Source of the DNA: a bacterium
Lineage (GTDB): Bacteria; Electryoneota; Electryoneia; Electryoneales; Electryoneaceae
Direction: 5' to 3'
DNA: 64,000 nt
NCBI GenBank assembly: GCA_963669175.1
Contig: OY769902.1
Location: 3,072,001 to 3,136,000, forward strand
The position numbers and the translations under genes were made by a program. The notes below the pieces were generated by a model. That model ran no database searches. It saw only the letters and a program-made list of their open reading frames with translations, and had not been told where the DNA came from. Of this stretch, positions 1-9,347 are shown in pieces; positions within the stretch are counted from its first letter, which is position 1; each line of letters begins with the position of its first letter.

Positions 1-184
1 ATAAACTTCAAATCAGCGTATAGCTTTATTTCAGCCATCAGACAGGCGCTATCCTGGCATTCGGCCCCCCACGATGAAGGGAAAAGCGTAACTGGTGGCA
101 TTTTCTCTCTGCCTACTTTCTTGCGGATTCCCTTTTAATTTTCTTCGTAAAGCGTTATCCTTCCAGTAACAATCGGGAGCTGGT

Positions 185-1171
185 ATGGTTGAAGTGCCTT
201 ACTATCATCGGAAGGGCGACAGGATCGTTTGCGACATCTGCCCGGTACATTGCAAACTGCATGAAGGGCAGGTAGGGGTATGCGGAGGCCGTGAAGTAAA
301 CGATAACGTACTCGTGGCGTCCAACTATGGCCGTGTAGTCGCCATGCACATGGATCCCATTGAAAAAAAACCACTTTATCATGTGGCGCCCGGGAAAACA
401 ATCCTGTCTGTCGGTCCCAACGGATGCAACATGAACTGCCGCTGGTGCCAGAACTGTGATATCTCGCAGGGGCGTGTACGGACAGAATATGTCACACCCG
501 AGGCGATGGCGGGAATGGCGTGCAACCGTGGATCAGTCGGAATTGCTTATACGTACACCGAGCCTTTAATCTGGTTTGAGTATCTGCGGGACACCATGCC
601 GCTTGTCAGGAAAGCGGGCGGAATCAATGTGCTGGTAACCAACGGGTACATTGAGAAGGAACCGCTGGAAGAGTTATTGCCCTGGATTGATGCTGCGAAT
701 ATTGATTTGAAATTTTCCGAGGCGGGATTGTATAAGAAGTACTCTGGTGCGCACATGGAGGCTGTCCTGCATACAATTACACGGATGCATGAGGCGGGAG
801 TGCATGTTGAACTGACGCACCTCGTTGTGACAGGGCTCGTGGATAATGAGGATCATTTCTCACGGCTCGTAAACTGGGTTGCTGAGTTGGATTCGTCAAT
901 TCCGCTGCATATCAGCAGGTATGGTCCACGGTATCAGTGGGAAAAGCCGCCAACGAGCGAGGCTTTCCTCCAATTTGCCTATTCGCATGCGAAAAAGAAA
1001 CTGGATTATGTTTACGTTGGCAATATCTACCTGGCGGGAACATCGGATACATTTTGTCCGAACTGCGGAGCCACTTTTATCGAGCGCAGTGGGTACCAGG
1101 TCAGGATAGACGAACTGGATGGAAACTGTTGTAAGCGTTGTGGAAATGAGATACCTGTAATGATTCTGTAG
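185..1171 (+). CDS. amrS: AmmeMemoRadiSam system radical SAM enzyme
   Basis: CxxxCxxC motif (GCNMNCRWCQN), DPIEKKPLYH, N-terminal CxxCPxxC and C-terminal CPxC...CxxCG. Confidence 0.9.
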   Translation: MVEVPYYHRKGDRIVCDICPVHCKLHEGQVGVCGGREVNDNVLVASNYGRVVAMHMDPIEKKPLYHVAPGKTILSVGPNGCNMNCRWCQNCDISQGRVRTEYVTPEAMAGMACNRGSVGIAYTYTEPLIWFEYLRDTMPLVRKAGGINVLVTNGYIEKEPLEELLPWIDAANIDLKFSEAGLYKKYSGAHMEAVLHTITRMHEAGVHVELTHLVVTGLVDNEDHFSRLVNWVAELDSSIPLHISRYGPRYQWEKPPTSEAFLQFAYSHAKKKLDYVYVGNIYLAGTSDTFCPNCGATFIERSGYQVRIDELDGNCCKRCGNEIPVMIL

Positions 1172-1246
1172 AATCGGCCTGTGCAAAGCTCTCCCGGAAT
1201 GAAACGAAACAGTTGTAAATGCGTAAGAGGAGTGCTACTTATCGCC

Positions 1247-1275
1247 TTGACTCATATAAGGGTGAGGCATAAATT
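1247..1275 (+). promoter_or_regulatory. Sigma70-like promoter TTGACT-N17-TAAATT
   Basis: Near-consensus hexamers with a 17-nt spacer upstream of the lipoprotein gene. Confidence 0.5.
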
Positions 1276-1302
1276 CGGTTTCCGCTTCGAATTGGGGGCA
1301 AC

Positions 1303-2652
1303 TTGGATCATAGTAAGAGATCCGTTAAGAACGTGAACCATTCACGACTACACATGCGGTCTGCTTTGGAAAACAAACTGACTCGATGGCGTTATCTGCT
1401 AAGTTTGATGCTGATTACGCTTGGTGTGACTCTCATCCTGACAGGATGCGGTGAATACTCCGATACAACTGGATCGGGCATCGTAGACAACGAGTTACAG
1501 GGGATCACGCGAGAAGCCTGGTTCCCCATGGATTCGGCTTCGGTGATGCAAATCGGTGATGCTTCCAAATCATCTCCGACAAACCTGTATATTGGTAAGC
1601 AGGCAGGCATCACCTCGGATATCGTAATCCAGTTTACCAGTTTTACAGCCCTGTACGATTCTGTAGCATCCATCGACTCGACAGTCCTGGTGATGTATGG
1701 CATGGGAGTCGTGGATACGAGCAGCATCCAGGATACCAGCGCCTGGTCGGCAGATGTGTACCGCATCGATTCCGACTGGGAGTACACGGATATGCTGTAT
1801 GATTTCAGCATGGACACAACACTGATTGCCCATATCGACAGCTTTGGCCGATACCAGGTTCTTTATGTTGATGATGATGATACCACAGCCAACATTGACT
1901 CGGTGATTGTCCCTATCGACAACGAAACCATGTATAGCTGGGTTTATGATACCCTGGCCTATGGGCTTCGGATCAGGCCTTCTGAAGATGCCGGTTTTAT
2001 AAAGAAATTCCAGTCACGCTACAATGCGACTGACGCAAGTTATCTGCCAGTGCTTCAGGTGACAGGAACCTTTATCGAATTTGAAATTGATGGCGATGAC
2101 ACCACATTCACGCCTTATGATACTACGCTGTATGTCTACTCGACGATCACAACGTACATGACGGACGATTCTTACGAAGTTCCGGATAACCGCATTGTAC
2201 TGGAGGAGGGATTCGGTAGAAACATCCTTCTCTGGACCAACCTGGAACAGTATTTCTACGATGAACTGGGACTGGTAAGTGAGCAGCTAAGTATTAACAA
2301 GGCTGTTCTGTACATGAACCAGGCTCCCGATTCATCTGATATCGTACTTTCAGGGATGGTGCTTCGAGTATACGATATCGAAGAGTCCTGGTTTGAAGAT
2401 CCTGATTCGACCACGCTCGGGTCGGTATCCTCATCCAGTTACGCCTTGCCTGATGATACCTCACTGGTTCGCATTGACATTACCACACTGGCCAGAAAAT
2501 GGGAGACCTATCCGGACCAGAACTTCGGGGTAGCCATTCGTCCCTATAACCAGACTTCACGGTTGGGGCGAGGGATATTTTATTCTACAGATGCCGATAG
2601 TGCGCAACGTCCATGGTTGCGACTCATTTTTACGGAGTACGACCTGCCATGA
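1303..2652 (+). CDS. Acidic lipoprotein (DUF4270-like); start codon uncertain
   Basis: Hydrophobic signal ending in lipobox LTGC; Asp/Ser/Thr-rich; precedes an OM barrel gene. Confidence 0.6.
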   Translation: MDHSKRSVKNVNHSRLHMRSALENKLTRWRYLLSLMLITLGVTLILTGCGEYSDTTGSGIVDNELQGITREAWFPMDSASVMQIGDASKSSPTNLYIGKQAGITSDIVIQFTSFTALYDSVASIDSTVLVMYGMGVVDTSSIQDTSAWSADVYRIDSDWEYTDMLYDFSMDTTLIAHIDSFGRYQVLYVDDDDTTANIDSVIVPIDNETMYSWVYDTLAYGLRIRPSEDAGFIKKFQSRYNATDASYLPVLQVTGTFIEFEIDGDDTTFTPYDTTLYVYSTITTYMTDDSYEVPDNRIVLEEGFGRNILLWTNLEQYFYDELGLVSEQLSINKAVLYMNQAPDSSDIVLSGMVLRVYDIEESWFEDPDSTTLGSVSSSSYALPDDTSLVRIDITTLARKWETYPDQNFGVAIRPYNQTSRLGRGIFYSTDADSAQRPWLRLIFTEYDLP

Positions 2653-3869
2653 AACGTGTAATCCTTTTCCTCACTATCGGGGTGATGTTTCTTATCGGAA
2701 CCGCTGATGCCGCCAGTATCTTCGGGAGTGGCGGGTTGGGTATTCCGCGTACGTATTCCGGTACACGCTATGCTGCTCTTGCTGAAGCGGGACTGGCCCT
2801 TAGCGACAGCATTTACATCAATCTTGACAACCCGGCCTCGTTTGCCAGTGTCGGGTTGACCAGGTTTACCATGAGTGCTTTCATCTCGAAAACGACTGCT
2901 GATGATCCGAACACCTCGGACAAGCAGGATGATTTGGGCTTTGAAGGCGCGGCGTTTGCCCTTCCGATATACAAGCAATATGGCCTGGGATTCCAGTATC
3001 AGCCGATGACAGACCACAACTTCCTGTTTAACAGCAGGGGCTGGTACGAAACGGATGAACCGATCCAGGATCAAACGGCTTTTCTCTATACTGACCGTTT
3101 CCAGGGCGAAGGCGGTATTTCCCGGATCAGCCTGACTGGCGCTGCAACCTATGGTCCTGTCAGCATCGGTATCAGTGGACAGTATATTTTCGGTATGACC
3201 GAGTTGTTGTCCAAGCGATCTTTTGAAAGTGATGCATTACTTGCTTCCGGTCAGTACAGGAGTAATGAGCTGTCCGGGTATAGCGCTAAGATTGGTGTCA
3301 CGGCATCAGCGCGACGTAACCTTCAGTTCGCGGCCGTCGCGCAACTACCCGCCAAAATATCAAACACGACAGTGACAGAGTTTGAGGGTGGCGATTCGAG
3401 CCAGGTCGAAGGTAAAGATGTTGAGCTTCCCATGGGGATTCAGATCGGCGCTGCCTGGCGGGTTGGTAAGAGCACATTTGCAGCGGATGCCGGGATGGAA
3501 TTCTGGGAGGATACCAACACGGACTGGCAACCCTCCATGAAACCGAATAATGTGGTATCCGCGCAATTGGGTTACGAATTCCGTCCGACTCACCTGATTC
3601 TTGTAGATTGGTATAAAAAACTAACGTATCGCGCTGGAATTTCGTATAATGAGAACTATTATCTCGTGCAGGATGAAGTAGTCAATTCCATTCGCGCGTC
3701 CGTAGGTTTCGGCATTCCGGTACGGATGGCTCGTGGGATGCTGGATTTCGCAGTATATACGGATATGCGTGGATACAATACTTCATTTAACACGCGAGAA
3801 ACTGTCTGGGGCTTGCAGATGGGGTGGAGCGCCACTGAAGCCTGGTTCCAGAAACGGAAACGGCGGTAA
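2649..3869 (+). CDS. Outer-membrane beta-barrel protein (FadL/OmpP1-like)
   Basis: Signal peptide, N-terminal GLG...NPA motif, alternating beta strands, C-terminal EAWFQKRK; ATG overlaps the upstream stop. Confidence 0.7.
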   Translation: MKRVILFLTIGVMFLIGTADAASIFGSGGLGIPRTYSGTRYAALAEAGLALSDSIYINLDNPASFASVGLTRFTMSAFISKTTADDPNTSDKQDDLGFEGAAFALPIYKQYGLGFQYQPMTDHNFLFNSRGWYETDEPIQDQTAFLYTDRFQGEGGISRISLTGAATYGPVSIGISGQYIFGMTELLSKRSFESDALLASGQYRSNELSGYSAKIGVTASARRNLQFAAVAQLPAKISNTTVTEFEGGDSSQVEGKDVELPMGIQIGAAWRVGKSTFAADAGMEFWEDTNTDWQPSMKPNNVVSAQLGYEFRPTHLILVDWYKKLTYRAGISYNENYYLVQDEVVNSIRASVGFGIPVRMARGMLDFAVYTDMRGYNTSFNTRETVWGLQMGWSATEAWFQKRKRR

Positions 3870-3971
3870 CCGGAAGCTGGTTGTTGTGCCGTACCTTTTG
3901 TTTAAAGTCGTAAGTAAAAGATTGGAAACGATACAATAGCGTTGTATTGTCGGGTGTAAAGGAGAGGGAAG

Positions 3972-5273
3972 ATGAAGCGAGCATCTTGGATCGCGCCGGT
4001 GCTGGGATTGTTGTTGGTGACATGGTTCTTTGGTTGTATGCAGCCACCTGAAACCACAACTGAACTGACTCCGGAACAAATTCAGGCTCAGAAGGATTCC
4101 ATCGCCAAGGCGAATGAGAAAGAACTGAAAAAATGGCGCATGTTCGCGTTTGACAAGGTCAAGGAACAGAACTGGCTGAAAGCGCGCGAATATTTCTGGA
4201 AGGTTGTTGACCTGGATGTGAACCACCAGTACAACGACTGGGCCTTTATCTACCGTACCTATACCGAGACGAGCGATATGGACAGCGCCCAGGTCGTGCT
4301 CGGCATGGGGCTCGAGTATCATCCGAATGATGCCTTCCTGAATTCCACGCTTGGTTTCTTCAAGATGAAGCAGGGTGACAATGAAGAAGCCTACCAGCTC
4401 TATTGCAAGGCGGTTGAAGTAGAGCCGGAAAATGTGGAATACCTGGAAAAGAAGGCGGAGCTGGAAGAAGCGCTGGATATGCCGGACGAAGCCATTGCAT
4501 CCTGGGAGCAGGTTGTGGCTATGGCGCCGGACAACCAGAGCGCTAAAGACCGTCTGACTTCACTGGTAAAACGGCATCGTGATCCTGAAGAATACATCGC
4601 CGCCCTGGAAGCGGACCTTGTTGCCAACCCGGAAGACATGTTCAAACATCGTGAACTGTTGCTGGCGTTGAATGACCAGGGACTCAACGAGCGCGTTGTT
4701 GAACAGGCAGACAAGATGTTGGCGATTGATGCCACCTATGTGGATGCCTATCGCTACAAGGCAGCCTCACTGGAAAACCTGAACAAGCTCGGCGATGCGA
4801 TCACGACCTACGAAAAGCTGCTGGAAGTTCAGCCCGATGCCGGTTGGGCCATGCTGCGTATCGCAGACAACAAGCGTCTGCTGAACCAGTTCTCCAGCGC
4901 CCGTAGCTGGGTTCTGAAGGCACGTGAAGCCAATGTGAATCCGCAGGAAGCAAACTTCACCCTGGGGATGATTTTCGAGAGCGCTGGCGACAAGTGCAGC
5001 CCCGGTGGTGTGCCGGATTATAATGATAAGCTGACTTATGTGATCGCATACGGCCTGTATCGTCAGGCTGTTGATGGAAACGACTACGGTATCAAGGATA
5101 AGGCTGATCGCCGTATCGAATTCCTCAAGCAGTTTATCCCGTCCTATTCCGACTGGTTCATGAACCAGACGAAGAAGCGCCCGGCGAAGAGCTGCTACGA
5201 CTGGATCAATGACAACTGGTCCGAAGTGCGTTACATTGACACCTACCTCGGACAGGTTGAGAAGAGCAAGTAA
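3972..5273 (+). CDS. TPR-repeat lipoprotein
   Basis: Lipobox FFGC; repeated TPR-like helices (A..Y..A.E..PE). Confidence 0.75.
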   Translation: MKRASWIAPVLGLLLVTWFFGCMQPPETTTELTPEQIQAQKDSIAKANEKELKKWRMFAFDKVKEQNWLKAREYFWKVVDLDVNHQYNDWAFIYRTYTETSDMDSAQVVLGMGLEYHPNDAFLNSTLGFFKMKQGDNEEAYQLYCKAVEVEPENVEYLEKKAELEEALDMPDEAIASWEQVVAMAPDNQSAKDRLTSLVKRHRDPEEYIAALEADLVANPEDMFKHRELLLALNDQGLNERVVEQADKMLAIDATYVDAYRYKAASLENLNKLGDAITTYEKLLEVQPDAGWAMLRIADNKRLLNQFSSARSWVLKAREANVNPQEANFTLGMIFESAGDKCSPGGVPDYNDKLTYVIAYGLYRQAVDGNDYGIKDKADRRIEFLKQFIPSYSDWFMNQTKKRPAKSCYDWINDNWSEVRYIDTYLGQVEKSK

Positions 5274-5296
5274 GATTGTTCGTCCATGACGATTCC

Positions 5297-5332
5297 ACAG
5301 CCCGGGTTGCTCGCAATTCGGGCTGTTTTTTT
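5297..5332 (+). terminator. Intrinsic terminator-like hairpin
   Basis: ACAGCCCGGGTTGC / GCAATTCGGGCTGT stem followed by a T run, just upstream of the rpiB RBS. Confidence 0.6.
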
Positions 5333-5344
5333 CCGGAGGATAAC

Positions 5345-5782
5345 ATGAAACTGGTGATAGGATCGGACCACGGTGGCGTGGAGATGAAAGACTTCCTGCG
5401 TGAAAAGCTCAAAGAAGCCGGGCATGAGGTGATCGATGTCGGTACGCAGGGAAGCACAAGTGTCGATTACCCGGACATCGCCTTTGCTGCGGCAGATAAG
5501 GTTGTGAGCGGGGAAGTGGAGCGTGGCATTCTTGTCTGCGGGACCGGAATCGGGATGTCCATTGCAGCCAACAAGGTGAAAGGCATCTTCTGCGCCAAGG
5601 TGAACAGTGAGAGTGAAGGCGGGTTGGCTTCAGAGCACAACCTGACTAATATGATTGCGCTGGGAGGACGTACCACAGAGAAAGCTGTGGCGTGGAAGAT
5701 TGTGCAGGCATGGCTGACAACGCCACGTGGCGGAGAACGTCACCAGCGACGGGTGCAAAAAATCGCTGACCGGGATTGCTGA
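5345..5782 (+). CDS. rpiB: Ribose-5-phosphate isomerase B
   Basis: GSDHGG, VDYPD, CGTGIGMSIAANKVKG, GGERHQRRV; GGAGG RBS before ATG 5345. Confidence 0.95.
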   Translation: MKLVIGSDHGGVEMKDFLREKLKEAGHEVIDVGTQGSTSVDYPDIAFAAADKVVSGEVERGILVCGTGIGMSIAANKVKGIFCAKVNSESEGGLASEHNLTNMIALGGRTTEKAVAWKIVQAWLTTPRGGERHQRRVQKIADRDC

Positions 5783-5818
5783 GCACTCTCCAGATTCATC
5801 AAGGACTCGTACGAGTAT

Positions 5819-5855
5819 TCACAGGATGAACAGGATAAGAAGGATTGGCAGGATG
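5819..5855 (+). repeat. Orphan left arm of the AGGAT repeat family
   Basis: TCAC AGGATgaac AGGATaaga AGGATtggc AGGATg; same start and core as the arm at 21164. Confidence 0.7.
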
Positions 5856-5943
5856 TCTTTCATTCAGATATATCTGTGCAGTACGAATTGTTATTCAATT
5901 TATGCCCTTGTTTGCGCTCTTTCGATAAAATATATATTTGCTG

Positions 5944-6126
5944 GCGTCAGCAGGCTTTAGCCGGGGGAACAAGGAAAACAACCGTTCGAGCGCCCTTCAG
6001 GGTGCTTTCCTGATACGTAATGATTCGATGACGTTCAAGCACGCTAAAGCGCGCTCATAGCTTTTGTTATATCCATCCACCCGGCTAAAGCCGGGTGCTA
6101 AGGGGAGCCTGCTGAAGCAGGCTAAA
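5944..6126. repeat. Multi-hairpin REP-like element, left half partly deleted
   Basis: Hairpins GAGCGCCCTTCAGGGTGCTT, AAGCACGCTAAAGCGCGCTC, CACCCGGCTAAAGCCGGGTG and AGCCTGCTGAAGCAGGCT in inverted halves. Confidence 0.7.
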
Positions 6127-6194
6127 TACTTTCGAATCAGCAAAAACTTTCGGGAACCCCTATAATCAACTCCAGCAAATTCAAACGACTGAAC

Positions 6195-6212
6195 CTGTGA
6201 AATCTTTCGCAA
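6195..6212. promoter_or_regulatory. Rex/CRP-like palindrome CTGTGAAATCTTTCGCAA
   Basis: Two mismatches to TTGTGAANNNNTTCACAA; upstream of glyA. Confidence 0.35.
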
Positions 6213-6445
6213 GATGCTTATTGAGAAGAACAAGCCAAAAGAAATCCCACATAACCTGTGTAAATATTTCAACAGCTTAGCCCAACCCGTTTTGACTTCA
6301 TGCTCTTAGGGCTCGAAAGAGCCGGAATCCTTTTGTATATTCCCCCTTCATAAACGGCTTCAACCTCAAGAAACTGAAATACTTATTAAGGCGGCCTAAC
6401 AATGAGGCGTTTTAGTTTGTACCACGTTTCACATAGGAGATTCCC

Positions 6446-7753
6446 ATGAGCAGTGATGACCTAAAGCAGTTTGACCCGGAAATTGCTCAAGTAGTGGATA
6501 ACGAGTATGACCGTCAGACCCTGAAACTGGAAATGATCGCTTCGGAAAACATTGTCAGCCCACGGGTTCAGGAAGTGGCTGGCTCGGTGTTGACCAACAA
6601 GTACGCCGAAGGGTATCCGAAGAAACGGTACTATGGCGGTTGCAAGTTTGTGGATGAAGCGGAGCAGCTCGCGATTGATCGTGCCTGCGAACTATTCAAG
6701 TGCAAGTGGGCCAATGTGCAGCCACATTCCGGCAGCCAGGCCAACCAGGGCATGTACATGGCGCTGCTGGATCCATTTGCCAATGGTGACGGCACCAAGG
6801 TCAAGATCATGGGGCTTCACCTGAATCACGGTGGTCACCTGACTCATGGCAGCCCGGTGAATATTTCGGGACGTTTGTTCGACGTGCATCCATACACGTT
6901 GAACGAAGAGACCGGCCGGATCGACATGGATGAAGTGGCGAAGCTGGCGCGTGAAGTCAAGCCGAAGCTGATCGTGACCGGCGCTTCAGCGTATCCCCGT
7001 TTCTGGGATTTTGAACGGTTCCGTGAGATCGCGGATGAAGTCGGCGCTTATCTCGTCGCAGATATCGCTCACTTTGCCGGCGCGGTCGCAACCGGACTGC
7101 ATCCCGATCCGTTGCCCTATTGCCATTTGGTCACTACGACTACCCACAAGACCCTGCGCGGCCCACGTGGCGGCATGATTATGTCCAGCTTCGAGGGCGG
7201 CGAGATTTTGCTGTCCGGTATGCCGAAGCCGAAGACCATCACCGAAGCGGTTGACAGCGTGGTTTTCCCGGGTATCCAGGGCGGCCCTTTGATGCACATC
7301 ATCGCGGCCAAGGCAGTAGCCTTCAACGAAGCGCTCCAGCCGAAGTTCAAGGAATACATGCAGAAGGTTTTGGACAACGCGCAAGTGTTGGCGGAAGAAC
7401 TGAAGAAGCGTGATTTCAACCTGGTTTCCGACGGCACCGACAACCACCTGATGCTGGTTGACCTGTCCAACAAGGACGTTTCCGGCAAGGACGCTGAGAA
7501 GGCGCTGGAATGGAGCGGCATCACGGCGAACAAGAACATGGTTCCCGGCGACAAGAAAAGCCCGTTCATCACCAGCGGTATTCGTCTCGGTACCCCGGCC
7601 CTGACCACTCGCGGCATGGGCACAGATGAGATGAAGAAGATCGCTGAATGGATTGACCGAGTGATCCAGAATTGGGATGACAAGGAAAATCGTCGCGCTA
7701 TCCGTGCCGAAGTGGAAGAGATGGCGAGCCAGTTCCCGCATTTTGCTTGGTGA
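6446..7753 (+). CDS. glyA: Serine hydroxymethyltransferase
   Basis: [27 protein letters not shown] (PLP lysine), SGIRLGTPA. Confidence 0.98.
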   Translation: MSSDDLKQFDPEIAQVVDNEYDRQTLKLEMIASENIVSPRVQEVAGSVLTNKYAEGYPKKRYYGGCKFVDEAEQLAIDRACELFKCKWANVQPHSGSQANQGMYMALLDPFANGDGTKVKIMGLHLNHGGHLTHGSPVNISGRLFDVHPYTLNEETGRIDMDEVAKLAREVKPKLIVTGASAYPRFWDFERFREIADEVGAYLVADIAHFAGAVATGLHPDPLPYCHLVTTTTHKTLRGPRGGMIMSSFEGGEILLSGMPKPKTITEAVDSVVFPGIQGGPLMHIIAAKAVAFNEALQPKFKEYMQKVLDNAQVLAEELKKRDFNLVSDGTDNHLMLVDLSNKDVSGKDAEKALEWSGITANKNMVPGDKKSPFITSGIRLGTPALTTRGMGTDEMKKIAEWIDRVIQNWDDKENRRAIRAEVEEMASQFPHFAW

Positions 7754-7808
7754 AGCGAAGTGAAAAAAGTGAAAAAAGTAGGCAGTGAAAAAAAAGCAGC
7801 TGCGTTTT

Positions 7809-7880
7809 GAGTTTGTAGGTATGCAAGTTTGAAGGTTACAAAGTAGGAAGGTTATTAAGCTGTAAAGTTATAAAGTTATT
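7809..7880 (+). repeat. Nine degenerate 8-mers, consensus A(A/G)GTTNNN
   Basis: gagtttgt aggtatgc aagtttga aggttaca aagtagga aggttatt aagctgta aagttata aagttatt in strict 8-nt phase. Confidence 0.7.
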
Positions 7881-7886
7881 GGTTTT

Positions 7887-7921
7887 ATCCTTGATATCCT
7901 TTTATCCTATTATCCTGTGAG
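7887..7921 (-). repeat. Orphan right arm of the AGGAT repeat family
   Basis: Reverse complement matches 21164-21198 at 34 of 35 positions. Confidence 0.85.
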
Positions 7922-8003
7922 TCGATGATTCTGTTAAGCGGTGACGTAAAGCGCAAGAAGTTACATTCATAGAGAAGCTCCAGCATCCCGGAGGCTGAGC
8001 ACG

Positions 8004-9347
8004 ATGAGTAAAACCTTTCGTGGCGGGACACACCCACCGGAGTTCAAGCTGACCGCTGACAAGCCGGGGGAGAAGTTGCCGTTGCCGGATGTGGTCTATG
8101 TACCCATCCTGCAGCATATCGGCGCCCCGAGCAAGCCCTTGGTCAAGAAAAAGGACGAAGTGAAAACCGGACAACCGATCACCGAAGCCGGTGGTTTTGT
8201 CTCGGTTCCTTCACATTCACCGATCACTGGCGTTGTCAAGGATGTCGGCAATTACGTGCATCCGTTCGGAAAGAACGTTCAAACGATTACCATCGAACGT
8301 ACCGGCGATGACGACTGGTGGGAAGGAATCCAGGAAGACACCCAATGGCAGAATGCGGATCCCGATACGATCCGTGAACGGGTGAAAAACGCGGGCATGG
8401 CCGGTATGGGCGGTGCGGCCTTCCCGACGCACGTAAAGCTTTCTCCACCGAAAGACAAGCCGATTGACACGGTGATTATCAATGGCGCCGAGTGCGAACC
8501 GTACTTGACCAGCGATCACCGTCTGATGCTGGAATTCCCCTATGATATCCTCGCCGGGGCATGGCTTGTCGCTAAAACCGTTGGCGCGAAAAACATCTAC
8601 GTGGGCATTGAGAGCAACAAGCCGGACGCTGTGCAGGCGTTGAAGGAAGTTGCTGCCAAGGAATTCCCCGAGATCCAGGTCGAAATGCTTCCTGTGAAGT
8701 ATCCGCAGGGCGCTGAAAAGCAGTTGATCAAGGCCCTGACTGGACGTGAAACCCCGCCGCCACCAGCGCTGCCGATGGATATCGGGTGTGTGGTGCAGAA
8801 CGTGGGTTCGTGCAAGGCGATCTATGAAGCGGTGCGTTTCAACAAACCGCTGATCGAACGCTATGTCACCGTGACCGGCAAGGGCGTCAACAATCCGAAG
8901 AACGTGGTTGCCCGTATCGGCACCCCGTTCGCTGAGTTGATTGAGGCGGCTGGCGGCTACGCTGACGGCGCGAAGAAGTTGCTGAACGGCGGCCCGATGA
9001 TGGGGGCGGCGCAATGGACCGACCTGGTTCCGGTGATCAAGGGAACCAGCGGTATCCTGGTGCTGACCGATCCTGACGCGTCCATTGCCGAAGAACAGCC
9101 CTGCCTGGTGTGCGGACGTTGTGTGTCGGTCTGCCCGATGTTCCTGCAACCGACCCATATCGCACGGCTCAGCGAGTTCGAACGATTCGAGGACGCGGAA
9201 GCGGAAGGTGCGCTGGAGTGCATTGAATGCGGCTCCTGCGCGTTTGTCTGTCCTTCCAAGCGCAACCTCGTACAACATATCCGTTTTGGAAAGACCAGCA
9301 TTATGGCAGCCAAGCGGAAAGCAGCTCAACAAAAGAAGGGGGCGTAA
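8004..9347 (+). CDS. rnfC: Rnf complex subunit C
   Basis: TFRGGTHP, GMGGAAFPTHVK, NGAECEPY, two CxxCxxCxxxCP clusters. Confidence 0.95.
   Translation: MSKTFRGGTHPPEFKLTADKPGEKLPLPDVVYVPILQHIGAPSKPLVKKKDEVKTGQPITEAGGFVSVPSHSPITGVVKDVGNYVHPFGKNVQTITIERTGDDDWWEGIQEDTQWQNADPDTIRERVKNAGMAGMGGAAFPTHVKLSPPKDKPIDTVIINGAECEPYLTSDHRLMLEFPYDILAGAWLVAKTVGAKNIYVGIESNKPDAVQALKEVAAKEFPEIQVEMLPVKYPQGAEKQLIKALTGRETPPPPALPMDIGCVVQNVGSCKAIYEAVRFNKPLIERYVTVTGKGVNNPKNVVARIGTPFAELIEAAGGYADGAKKLLNGGPMMGAAQWTDLVPVIKGTSGILVLTDPDASIAEEQPCLVCGRCVSVCPMFLQPTHIARLSEFERFEDAEAEGALECIECGSCAFVCPSKRNLVQHIRFGKTSIMAAKRKAAQQKKGA

Noticed and set aside
1-38. Possible start of a minus-strand gene (MAEIKLYADLKF)
   Set aside because: Only 12 codons are visible; cannot be supported
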